Shown here: positions 17,562 through 26,315 of the stretch, piece after piece
Layout of the letters: every line of letters starts with the position of its first letter
Numbering within the stretch: the first letter of the stretch is position 1
Source of the DNA: an uncultured bacterium
GTDB lineage: Bacteria; Patescibacteriota; Saccharimonadia; CAILAD01; BJGX01
DNA: 37,183 nucleotides
Assembly: GCA_903832035.1 (NCBI GenBank)
Contig: CAILAD010000020.1
Coordinates: forward strand, 1-37,183
Reading direction: 5' to 3'
Program-made: the position numbers and the translations under genes
The notes under the pieces: model-generated
The model's database searches: none
What the model was told of the DNA's origin: nothing
What the model saw: only the letters and a program-made list of their open reading frames with translations

Positions 17562-18943
17562 TTTGATATTCCTTTCAGCTTTACGGCACTAAATCTAGAT
17601 ATAGTCTGTCTCATTTCCAGCATGGCAGTGTAGGTATTGAGAGCATACACAATCCCCGACTCACTAGGGTCAGCTGCCGTAGCTAAATCTAGAGCTTGCT
17701 TGAGGGTGTTGGCAATTTTGATGTTGTCCATGTTAAAACCGGCGTATTTAAGCCTCAGGGCCATATCATAGCTTCTACTACCACTAACTACTATCTTGCC
17801 GGTGTAGGAACTAAGGTCTTCTAGTGCGCTGTCCCATAACCAAGACACATCCCTACCATCAGCGATATTGTCGTTTATCGATAATATTAAGGTATTAGAC
17901 TGTGGTTTCGGCTTCAGGTAGGTCTGAATAATCTGATTGAAGCCCGTTGGGTTCTTTATTAGAAGTAATTTAACACGCCGACCAGAGTATTCGATGCTCT
18001 CACCTCTGCCGAAGGCCGAGGAAGTCTTGGATAAGGATCTAATAGCCTCGTCTACACCTAGGCCCAATGCTTCGGTAGTCGCCAATGCTGCTAGGGAATT
18101 GTATATATTATATATACCGGGCAGTGAAATGTTTATTTTTTTCAATTGTGTAGATATTTTTACATCGAAATCAGATCCAACTTTGGTGAGTGAGCGCATT
18201 TTTATCAAATTAATATTGGGCTCTGGTCTTGTATATTTTTTATTCTTTGAGGTGTAAATACCTATATGTCCAAAATAACGTTGTAGATATTGCAACTTTT
18301 CTCCGCTCTCCTGCTCAAAGACGCTATCTGCTGTGTGGTCATTTATAATTTTATCGCCTTGGTAGTCAGATATGCCAAAGAATATTGGTTTATTTAGCGC
18401 CTTTATACCTATAGAAGCTACTAAGGGGTCATCAGCATTTAAAACTAGCTTGCTTTTAGTGCCAGCAAATGTCTTTTCAAAGCTTTTTGCAATACTATCC
18501 AGTTCACCGTATCTGTCCAGCTGGTCTCTAAATAGGTTTGTCACCACCACATACTTGGGCTTGATTGCGCTACAAACAGATGGGACGTAAGCTTCATCCA
18601 CCTCTAATACAGCCATTCTAGCCTTATTTCGGCCTCTTAAATTACTGTTTTGTATAAGAGTCGAGATAATTCCCCTACGCATGTTTGAGCCCGCAGTATT
18701 GCGAATGTGCACTACTCCGCTACCGTTGAGCATATCAGATATCATCTTACTAGTGGTCGTTTTGCCGTTCGTACCTGTAACTACGACTATTCCATCTGGG
18801 AAATTACCCTTAACTAGCTTTGACATTAGATTACCATCTACCTTTTCGGCCAGAAGGCCAGGCAAAGCTGTGCCGCTCTTACCAAGTATCCTACCTGTTG
18901 AGTAGGCTGACTTAGCTAGTATAATAGCAATCGTTTTCTTCAT
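17558..18943 (-). CDS. murT: Lipid II isoglutaminyl synthase subunit MurT (Mur ligase with DUF1727)
   Basis: GTALPG, VTGTNGKTTT, EVDE, NLFRDQLDRYGE, LIKNPTG, DGRDVSWLWD, YTAML. Confidence 0.93.
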   Translation of the reverse strand: MKKTIAIILAKSAYSTGRILGKSGTALPGLLAEKVDGNLMSKLVKGNFPDGIVVVTGTNGKTTTSKMISDMLNGSGVVHIRNTAGSNMRRGIISTLIQNSNLRGRNKARMAVLEVDEAYVPSVCSAIKPKYVVVTNLFRDQLDRYGELDSIAKSFEKTFAGTKSKLVLNADDPLVASIGIKALNKPIFFGISDYQGDKIINDHTADSVFEQESGEKLQYLQRYFGHIGIYTSKNKKYTRPEPNINLIKMRSLTKVGSDFDVKISTQLKKINISLPGIYNIYNSLAALATTEALGLGVDEAIRSLSKTSSAFGRGESIEYSGRRVKLLLIKNPTGFNQIIQTYLKPKPQSNTLILSINDNIADGRDVSWLWDSALEDLSSYTGKIVVSGSRSYDMALRLKYAGFNMDNIKIANTLKQALDLATAADPSESGIVYALNTYTAMLEMRQTISRFSAVKLKGISK

Positions 18944-18955
18944 AGCTATATTGTA

Positions 18956-19840
18956 TCAGCTGTTGTTGTAAGTCTCTAGATAGGCAGTAATCATTGTGCT
19001 GGCTTCTTTATAGTTGTGTACCCAGTGAATGGCATCATTTCGCTTGAACCAGGTTAACTGTTTTTTGACCAGCCTCCAAGTTGAGGAGTTGATAGCCTCC
19101 TCAAGTTTATCTAGGTCAATCTTTTGATCCAAATAATCTAATATTTCAGCATACCCCGTTGTGGTTTTTAGAATGTCACAGTCGCCATATTCTAGTCTTA
19201 GTTTTTCAACCTCTTGAATAAAGCCTTTATTCAACATTCTTTTTGTTCTAACCGCTATATTTTGCTTTAATACAGGCATTTCTACCCTTATACCAATAAC
19301 TAGTGAATTGACTTTGTTAACCTCTCTATCGCTATCTTTACTTGGTCCCTTGCTAATTAATTGCTCAACTCTACGTCGGTTTTTTACGTCAATCTCGGAA
19401 AATTTTTCAGGATATTTTTCTTTAGCAATACTCTGTAATTCAATCAATGACAGTCCTTCTAAAGCACTCTTCTCTGCTGCCGATATGTCGCTTCTAAAGC
19501 TGTAGTCATAGAGGACCGAATCTATGTACATACCACTACCACCTACCATAATGGGGATGTTACCTCTACTTCTAATATCTTCAATTGCCCCATAAGCCCT
19601 TTTTTTAAACTCGGCTGCGCTTATTAGCTCATCTGGATTCGCTATATCAAGCAGATGGTGGGTAACATCAGACTGTTCCTCGGGCGTTGGTTTGGCTGTA
19701 CCGATATTCATACCCCTATAAACTGTCCTAGAGTCAGCGCAGATTATCTCTCCGCCAAATTCATGAGCAGCCTTTATGCCCATGGCTGTTTTACCTGAGG
19801 CTGTAGGCCCCAGGATTGTTACAAGCTTTGCAGTCTCCAT
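18956..19840 (-). CDS. miaA: tRNA dimethylallyltransferase
   Basis: GPTASGKT, ICADSRTVYRGMNIGTAKP, VGGSGMY, KKQLTWF. Confidence 0.96.
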   Translation of the reverse strand: METAKLVTILGPTASGKTAMGIKAAHEFGGEIICADSRTVYRGMNIGTAKPTPEEQSDVTHHLLDIANPDELISAAEFKKRAYGAIEDIRSRGNIPIMVGGSGMYIDSVLYDYSFRSDISAAEKSALEGLSLIELQSIAKEKYPEKFSEIDVKNRRRVEQLISKGPSKDSDREVNKVNSLVIGIRVEMPVLKQNIAVRTKRMLNKGFIQEVEKLRLEYGDCDILKTTTGYAEILDYLDQKIDLDKLEEAINSSTWRLVKKQLTWFKRNDAIHWVHNYKEASTMITAYLETYNNS

Positions 19841-19841
19841 A

Positions 19842-21653
19842 CTATATTGATCTAGTACTTATGTCCTTAAGTATAGTAGACTTAAATTCGTCTAGAGGCA
19901 TCGAGCCCTGATCTCCCTTAGAGTACTTTCTAATAGCGACCGTACTTGATGCCTGTTCTTTCTCGCCAACTACCAGGGTATACGGAACCTTATACATTTC
20001 ACTGTCCCTGATTCGCTTCCCTAGAGACTCATTGTCATCATCTAGTACAACCCTAACACCTGATTTCTTAAGGTCCTGATAAACATTACGGGCATAATCT
20101 GTGAATTTTTCTGAAACCGGCAATATTCTAACTTGCTCAGGGGCTAACCACAAAGGAAAAGCTCCAGCAAAGTGCTCAATTAGGATCATTATAAATCTTT
20201 CAAATGAACCAAAGATAGCCCTATGAATCATAACGGGATGTTTCTCTTGGCCTTCAGAGTCCGTGTAGGCTAGGCTGAACCGCTTAGGCATGGCAAAGTC
20301 GAGCTGAAGTGAGGCGAGCTGTGTTTCGCGCCCCTGAGCATCTCTAAACATGAAGTCTAGCTTAGGACCGTATATTGCAGCTTCACCTTCCATGCGTTTA
20401 GCTTTGAGTCCCTTCTCTTCAGCGACTTCCTTTAATATTCTCTCTGATTCCGACCAATCTTTATCATCTCCGATATATCTATCCAGCTTTTCTTTGTCTC
20501 TCACAGACAGCGAAACCCAGTGATCACCCCAGAGACCAAGTGAACTATAAAAGCTGGTGATAATATCTACTATCATTTCTGCCTCATCTCTAATCTGATC
20601 AATTGTACAGAAGGTATGGCCGTCATCTACTGTAAAACCCCGAGTTCTTTGTAAACCACCTATTTCACCTGGCTTTTCATCTCGGTACTGCATAGTCTGC
20701 TCTACATAACGAATTGGTAGGTCCCTATAGCTCCTAGGTCTTGAGGCAAATATCTGGGTATGATGCGGACAATTAACCGGCTTAAGCACAAACTCTTGCT
20801 TGTGGTGGCTTTGTACAGTAAATAGCTCTTCCTCGAATTTTTCGGCATGTCCAGAGGTCAAATAAAGTTCCTTTTTTGCTAAATGAGGTATAGAAACTTG
20901 CTGCATATCGTACTTATGGCCCAATTCCTCGAGCGCGCGTTTAAGTTCCTGGATGATTACTGAGCCACGAGGTGTGTACATCGGCAAGCCTGGCCCAACT
21001 AAGTCAGAAAATACGAATAGATCAAGCTCTTTACCTAATTTGCGGTGGTCGCGTCTCTCCGCTTCAACCAACATTTCCTTATATTTTGCCAAATCAACTT
21101 CTGTTGTAAAAGCTACACCATATATTCTTTGCAACTGGGGGTTATTTTCATTTCCTCTCCAGTAGGCACCAGATACTTTTGTTAGATCAAAGGCTTTGGC
21201 ATTTATCTCAGAGGTGTTATTAACATGAGGTCCACGGCATAAATCAACAAAATCACCAGTTCTATAAACAGTAACGCTCTTAACCTCAGTACCACTTGCG
21301 ACCAGGTCATCATCTCCAGAATCCTTGACTGCAGTCGACCCTTTTTCTCTCAGGTCATTTAAAAGTTCAACCTTAAAATCTTGTCTTTTTTCTGTAAAAT
21401 ACTGTATTGCTTGGTCTATCGGCCATTCTTCAGTTACGAAATCAATCTTTTGTGATATCAATTTTTGCATCTCTTTGCGTATCTTACCGAGTTCACTTAT
21501 TTCAATGGGCTTATCTAGCTGCATATCATAATAAAACCCGTTGTCGATGACTGGGCCAACACCAAACTTTGCTTCTGGATGCATCTTCTGCACTACTGCG
21601 GCCATAATATGGGCGAGGCTGTGTCTTGTTTTGTGTAAATCATGATCATTCAT
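19842..21653 (-). CDS. thrS: Threonyl-tRNA synthetase (short form without N-terminal TGS domain)
   Basis: RHSLAH, DLCRGPH, RDHRKLG, KPVNCPHH, YGPKLD, HRAIFGSFERF. Confidence 0.97.
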   Translation of the reverse strand: MNDHDLHKTRHSLAHIMAAVVQKMHPEAKFGVGPVIDNGFYYDMQLDKPIEISELGKIRKEMQKLISQKIDFVTEEWPIDQAIQYFTEKRQDFKVELLNDLREKGSTAVKDSGDDDLVASGTEVKSVTVYRTGDFVDLCRGPHVNNTSEINAKAFDLTKVSGAYWRGNENNPQLQRIYGVAFTTEVDLAKYKEMLVEAERRDHRKLGKELDLFVFSDLVGPGLPMYTPRGSVIIQELKRALEELGHKYDMQQVSIPHLAKKELYLTSGHAEKFEEELFTVQSHHKQEFVLKPVNCPHHTQIFASRPRSYRDLPIRYVEQTMQYRDEKPGEIGGLQRTRGFTVDDGHTFCTIDQIRDEAEMIVDIITSFYSSLGLWGDHWVSLSVRDKEKLDRYIGDDKDWSESERILKEVAEEKGLKAKRMEGEAAIYGPKLDFMFRDAQGRETQLASLQLDFAMPKRFSLAYTDSEGQEKHPVMIHRAIFGSFERFIMILIEHFAGAFPLWLAPEQVRILPVSEKFTDYARNVYQDLKKSGVRVVLDDDNESLGKRIRDSEMYKVPYTLVVGEKEQASSTVAIRKYSKGDQGSMPLDEFKSTILKDISTRSI

Positions 21654-21675
21654 CAGTTATACCTTTCATTAAATA

Positions 21676-21824
21676 AATAAAAACCACCCTACAATGCTCG
21701 GCCCCATATTACTGGGGGGTTCCACCGAGCTTATCCAGGCGGATCTCTCTTTTGTGTATGTAACGCCCTACACTGCGAAGCCTTTGGGTAGTTGGTTAGT
21801 CTACTTACTTACTTTATTAAACTT
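21676..21824 (-). promoter_or_regulatory. T-box riboswitch leader of thrS (compact form)
   Basis: Antiterminator GCTCGG-[TGGAACC bulge]-CCCC-loop-GGGG-CCGAGC at 21696-21730. It is preceded by a Stem III-like ATCC-GCCT-GGAT, and ACC triplets lie further upstream. Confidence 0.8.
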
Positions 21825-21830
21825 AGTCGT

Positions 21831-21859
21831 AGTATAACAAATATACCCATATGTGACAA
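21831..21859 (-). promoter_or_regulatory. Sigma70-type promoter of thrS
   Basis: TTGTCA-17 nt-TATACT with a TGn extension. Confidence 0.7.
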
Positions 21860-21874
21860 TAAAGACCTTATTTA

Positions 21875-21903
21875 TTGACATATTCTAGATTAAGTAGTAT
21901 CAT
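21875..21903 (+). promoter_or_regulatory. Sigma70-type promoter of the zinc-finger repeat gene
   Basis: TTGACA-17 nt-TATCAT; AAGGAGG at 21941-21947. Confidence 0.75.
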
Positions 21904-21954
21904 ATTGGTCATATCAGATGTTCTGATAGTTCATTCCAATAAGGAGGTTGTGAC

Positions 21955-22533
21955 TTGGAAAAGTCTAACTGTGCTAACTGTAACAAGTCCACTCACAAGA
22001 TCGTATACAGCAAGTACGGCGATATCTGCAGCAGTTGCTACTGGAAGAAGCGTCGAGTTGACCCGAACTTCAGATACGAATGCAGCAGGTGCCAAAAAGT
22101 GAGGCCTCACGGCAAGTGGCTAGATAAGTCAGCCGGGGTAAGGATTTGTGACATTTGTGCAAATAAAGACCGGATGAAGAACGAATCAAGGCTCAAGGAA
22201 TGCAGCAGGTGCAGCAGGATAGCCATCCCAGCAAGGTCTAAGCCACATGTGCTCTGCCCATCCTGTGAATCACTCAGGTACTACAAAGACAATTCCAAGC
22301 ATGAAACCTGCAGGCTCTGCAAAGCCTCAAAGTCGGTACATGTCCGTAATGAAGCTGGCATGCCTATCTGTCAAGGATGCGACAGGCAGCTAAGTGTTAA
22401 GGACCCATCCACTCACAAGCCCTGTGGCGAGTGTGGTAATGTCAGGTTCGGTCACACTAGTAAGAAGACTGGTAAGCACACTTGCAGGTCTTGCTACTAC
22501 AAAGCCAAAAAGAAGTTGCAATCCAGCAACTAA
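21955..22533 (+). CDS. Orphan basic protein with five tandem C4 (CxxC-x14-18-CxxC) zinc-finger units
   Basis: 10 CxxC motifs in 192 aa; TTG start 7 nt after AAGGAGG; own promoter and terminator. Confidence 0.85.
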   Translation: MEKSNCANCNKSTHKIVYSKYGDICSSCYWKKRRVDPNFRYECSRCQKVRPHGKWLDKSAGVRICDICANKDRMKNESRLKECSRCSRIAIPARSKPHVLCPSCESLRYYKDNSKHETCRLCKASKSVHVRNEAGMPICQGCDRQLSVKDPSTHKPCGECGNVRFGHTSKKTGKHTCRSCYYKAKKKLQSSN

Positions 22534-22538
22534 CACCC

Positions 22539-22567
22539 AGCCCTCAGTTAAACTGAGGGCTTTTTTT
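22539..22567 (+). terminator. Intrinsic terminator
   Basis: AGCCCTCAGT-TAA-ACTGAGGGCT followed by a T tract. Confidence 0.9.
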
Positions 22568-22599
22568 ATCAAAAAAACACCACATAGTGATGCTTTTTT

Positions 22600-22676
<77 letters not shown>

Positions 22677-22797
22677 TCACACCGAGTAATTATACATCAG
22701 TAAGGCCATTATATCTACATCCAGACCGGTACACCACGAAATATGCATAATTTTAAATTATGATGTAGCTAGATCTACACTTTAGAAAGTCTTGACC

Positions 22798-24054
22798 TTA
22801 TAATGAGCCTGTTTCTTTTAACAAATCACCAGCGAAACCAACCCTATTTAGACTAATAGAGCTTTCAAAATAAGAAGCAGCGCTAGCCGATGTACCAGAG
22901 CCATAACGATTTCTTATCAAGTGAACAGCTCTAGCTGCTCTTTCTAATCTATCCGATTCAGTATTTTCGAATAGACCCACCTGCCATACAGCGGACAAGC
23001 CGTAAAGTGCTACACATATTTTTAATACTTCTTTAAAATACTTGTGTTTATTTAACAACATTATACAAACAGACTTAATTGAATTAGTATCTTGCATGTA
23101 TGCTGTATTTTCAATCTTAAAAGTAGCTCTTGTTCGGTCGCAAAAATACACAATAATTTCTAAACTATTTGAATTTAAAGATTTTTTTACCAGTCTACTT
23201 GATAGGTTTTCACAAATCTTGGTTACAAACGTTGTAATTTCTTTTAACGTACTTGGCTTATACAGACCCATAGTAACCTGATTACTGATAGATTTCTGCT
23301 GTTTATAACTGGGCATATCTACTTCATAACCCCTTAGGCGGAGGTACCACTTATGTCCATTAACTCCAAAATTAGTGCCTAAGTACTTCCAACTAGCGTT
23401 ATACAGGTCTGTTGGTGTGTATATTGCATGATTAGCAAACTGGCGGGCCATCCTATCACCAATACCGGTAAGACTAGTGAGCGTGAGGCCTTTGTAAAAA
23501 TTTGACACCTCGCCGCTCGTTAGACTGATAAACCCTTTCGGCTTACTATAGCTCGCCGCTTGTTTAGCTAGCCAAGAATTGCTAGCCACACCAATAGAAC
23601 AATCTATATGTTCGTTATATAAATTATATAAACTAGCTTTTATAGCCTTTACTAAAGCAAAAACTTCTCCTCTGTTTTGTGCATAGCTAGGTACTTTAAG
23701 GAACGCTTCATCGATACCTTTAGGAATTACTTTACAAAAAGTGTTGTGAAATATAGCCATAAATTCACGATGAACCTGCCTGTAGCGATCAGGGCTATCC
23801 TCTACGACCACTAAATTAGGGCATAGCTCCAGGGCTCTATATACTCTAGTACCAGTTTTTATACCTTTTGCCTTTGCATCATATGATGCAGCCACTATAC
23901 TTGAGCCCCTGCTATTACCTGTAGCTACGGCAACAGGCTTACCCCTTAGGCTTTTATCATAAAACTGCTCTACCGAAGCAAAGAATGAATCCATGTCTAT
24001 GTAGATAGTTGAATAATCGCAAACCTCTTGTCTAATAAAATTCTCAGCCTTCAT
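22798..24054 (-). CDS. dinB: Y-family DNA polymerase (DNA polymerase IV / DinB-like)
   Basis: IDMDSFFASVEQ, AASYDAK..GIKTG, GIDEAF, SIGVASN..LAK.A....KPKG, GIG. Confidence 0.9.
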   Translation of the reverse strand: MKAENFIRQEVCDYSTIYIDMDSFFASVEQFYDKSLRGKPVAVATGNSRGSSIVAASYDAKAKGIKTGTRVYRALELCPNLVVVEDSPDRYRQVHREFMAIFHNTFCKVIPKGIDEAFLKVPSYAQNRGEVFALVKAIKASLYNLYNEHIDCSIGVASNSWLAKQAASYSKPKGFISLTSGEVSNFYKGLTLTSLTGIGDRMARQFANHAIYTPTDLYNASWKYLGTNFGVNGHKWYLRLRGYEVDMPSYKQQKSISNQVTMGLYKPSTLKEITTFVTKICENLSSRLVKKSLNSNSLEIIVYFCDRTRATFKIENTAYMQDTNSIKSVCIMLLNKHKYFKEVLKICVALYGLSAVWQVGLFENTESDRLERAARAVHLIRNRYGSGTSASAASYFESSISLNRVGFAGDLLKETGSL

Positions 24055-24098
24055 TAGTCTATGCTAGCAAAAACTATCAGTAAATACAAACAAAATGC

Positions 24099-24110
24099 GA
24101 ACAAAAGTAC
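24099..24110. promoter_or_regulatory. Candidate LexA (SOS) box upstream of dinB
   Basis: GAAC-AAAA-GTAC, one mismatch from GAAC-N4-GTTC, just upstream of a TTGTAT-17-TAGCAT promoter. Confidence 0.45.
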
Positions 24111-24116
24111 CATTTT

Positions 24117-24140
24117 AAAAGGCGCTCTGTGGCGCCTTTT
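24117..24140 (-). terminator. Intrinsic terminator of rplY
   Basis: AAAAGGCGC-TCTGTG-GCGCCTTTT. Confidence 0.8.
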
Positions 24141-24146
24141 AAATTT

Positions 24147-24821
24147 TTACTCTTTTGATTTTTCTTCTTTGGCTGGGGCTTCACCCTCGGCTGGTGCTTC
24201 TGCACCTTCTTCGGCTGGAATTTCCTCAACTATTTCTTCGTTTAGAGCTTCTAACTCTTCTTCAGAACGTGGTGGCTCAACCTTACAGATTAACTCTTCT
24301 GGGTCGTCTAGAATAGTTACTCCTTCAGGAACAGATAAGTCTCTAATATGAATAGATTTCTCAAAGTCATCAAGACCTGTAATGTCTACTTCTATATTAG
24401 CGGGTAGCTTAGCTGGAAGGGTCTCTACTTCGACTTCTTCAATATTTGTTACCAGTGTACCTTCTTGCTGGTAAACAGCTGGAGCATCGCCAGTAAAGTG
24501 CAACGGTACAGCTGTTCGGATAGCTTGGCTCATATTTACTCTGTATAAGTCGGCATGGGTTATATCTCCCGTAACTGGGTCATGGGCTACGTCATGAATA
24601 AGAATATTAGAAGAAGCATCCTGACCAATTTTTAGATCAATAATAGTGTTGTAGCTTGCTTTAGCAAAAATACGGCTAAAATCATGGGCGTTTAGGAAAA
24701 TGGACTCATTATCCTTATCCTGGCCATAAACTACAGCTGGAAGCTGTCCAGACTTGCGTGATGCAGCTAGTTTTTTTCCGTATATATCACGGGGTGTTGC
24801 GCTTAAACTTGTTTTTTCCAT
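24147..24821 (-). CDS. rplY: 50S ribosomal protein L25 / general stress protein Ctc
   Basis: R..G.LPAVVYG, HDPVTGDITHADLY, VPLHFTG and an acidic tail. Confidence 0.95.
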   Translation of the reverse strand: MEKTSLSATPRDIYGKKLAASRKSGQLPAVVYGQDKDNESIFLNAHDFSRIFAKASYNTIIDLKIGQDASSNILIHDVAHDPVTGDITHADLYRVNMSQAIRTAVPLHFTGDAPAVYQQEGTLVTNIEEVEVETLPAKLPANIEVDITGLDDFEKSIHIRDLSVPEGVTILDDPEELICKVEPPRSEEELEALNEEIVEEIPAEEGAEAPAEGEAPAKEEKSKE

Positions 24822-24828
24822 AATTTTT

Positions 24829-25197
24829 TTAAAATAGAGACTGTATGTCTACTGAATTGTTATTTAGGTAGATGTGAAGATCTATAATCTCTTGAGAAGT
24901 GATTGGCTCTTTCTTATCGAAACGCTTTTTCTCTCCCCTTACTAGATCAGATCTACCAACCTTTGGCGTGTACCTTGCCTGTCGCTCTAACTTTGCCTGC
25001 TTTTCTAGGTTACTACCCAGTAAGACTGTGGCCAAAATTGGCAGTGAACACTCTACACAGGTCAGCTGCATAAAGCAGTGTTCGTCGACCCGACCCAAGA
25101 ATGTAATATCTTCATGCTGATAATTTGATCCGCATGAGGGACATTTATAAAAGACTTGTAGATTTTTTATTAATTCTTGTAGGTTCTTACCATTCAC
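24829..25197 (-). CDS. Hypothetical Zn-ribbon protein
   Basis: CPSC...CVEC and C-terminal PITSQEIIDLH. GTG start after GAGGT; TTGACA upstream. Confidence 0.75.
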   Translation of the reverse strand: MNGKNLQELIKNLQVFYKCPSCGSNYQHEDITFLGRVDEHCFMQLTCVECSLPILATVLLGSNLEKQAKLERQARYTPKVGRSDLVRGEKKRFDKKEPITSQEIIDLHIYLNNNSVDIQSLF

Positions 25198-25253
25198 GTT
25201 GTTTTTCTACCCTCTTGATATGAATCTTATCATATAAAGCTACTCCCTGTCAA

Positions 25254-26315
25254 TCAAGAAGACTGGGCTTTACGTCTTTTTGTAAGGGTTAGTACGGTCA
25301 GGAGTAAGATTATTATTATGACTAGTGCAAATATAGCCAATATCTTCTGGGTTGGTGAAGCAATTAAGGCTATAACACCAAAAACAATACATAGAGAATA
25401 AATTATTAAAGCCGTCTGCCTTTGAGTAAAGCCCACATCCAGTAGTAGGAAGTGCAAATGTCCCCTGTCGGCGGAGAATGGTGACCTGCCACTAAGAATT
25501 CTCCGAACTGCCGCCCAAATGGCGTCTAGGATTGGAACCCCCAAAACCAAGGCAGCCGTAGCTAATTTAGCTCCGGAAAATATTGCAATAATACCTAGAG
25601 ACATACCTAAAAAGTAGGCCCCTGAATCCCCGTTAAATATCTTGGCGGGATAAAAATTGTATACCAGATACCCAAGACAGCCCCCCAGTAAGGATATGGA
25701 TATAATCGCAGTTTGAGCCTGGTGAACTGTTGGGCTAAGGGACAAAAAGAACATAATAGCTGCAGCAATCGCTGCTATCCCCCCAGATAAGCCATCTATA
25801 CCATCGACGAAGTTCATGGTATTGGTCATGCCAACTAGCCATATGGTAGTGATTAGGAGCGCGATTATATTAATGCCAATCTGGTGGTTATATATTGAAA
25901 ATACTATATTAGGATCGACAAAGATAAAGCTTTGACCTATGGGATTGGTTACTGCCTCAATTTTAATCCCAAAAAAACTAAAGGCGCATAGTGCAGCAAA
26001 AACCTGTGCGGACAGCTTTATCCAGGGGTTAAGACTATTGATGTCATCAATAAAGCCAATGATTAGAACAATTGATGAGGCAAACAGTAACCCCCAGTAC
26101 TGTAAATTACGCTCTGGAACCAAAAAGAAGGTGACGATAACGAAGGCTGCAAATATGGCCAGCCCTCCACCTCTGGCCATTGTCTTTTTATGTATTTTAC
26201 GGCTATTCTTTTCGGGTCTGTCAATTGCCCCTACTGCAAATGATAACTTTTTTACCCAAGGGACAAGCAACACAGCAATTAAAAAACTCGCGACTAGGGC
26301 AAAGATATAGTTCAT
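25254..26315 (-). CDS. WecA/TagO (MraY-family) undecaprenyl-phosphate GlcNAc-1-P transferase
   Basis: RKIH...RGGG, GFIDD, NFVDGIDGL, YNFYPAKIFNGDSG, ADRGHLH. Confidence 0.93.
   Translation of the reverse strand: MNYIFALVASFLIAVLLVPWVKKLSFAVGAIDRPEKNSRKIHKKTMARGGGLAIFAAFVIVTFFLVPERNLQYWGLLFASSIVLIIGFIDDINSLNPWIKLSAQVFAALCAFSFFGIKIEAVTNPIGQSFIFVDPNIVFSIYNHQIGINIIALLITTIWLVGMTNTMNFVDGIDGLSGGIAAIAAAIMFFLSLSPTVHQAQTAIISISLLGGCLGYLVYNFYPAKIFNGDSGAYFLGMSLGIIAIFSGAKLATAALVLGVPILDAIWAAVRRILSGRSPFSADRGHLHFLLLDVGFTQRQTALIIYSLCIVFGVIALIASPTQKILAIFALVIIIILLLTVLTLTKRRKAQSS

Noticed and set aside
21802-21813. Short (TACT)x3 tandem repeat as a phase-variation tract
   Set aside because: Only three units, and better explained as AGUA motifs in the T-box leader.
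22740-22768. dif-like site AATATGCATAA-TTTTAAA-TTATGATGTAG
   Set aside because: The spacer is 7 nt rather than 6, the outer arms match poorly, and gene orientation does not switch here. A genome-wide GC-skew analysis would be needed to reconsider it.
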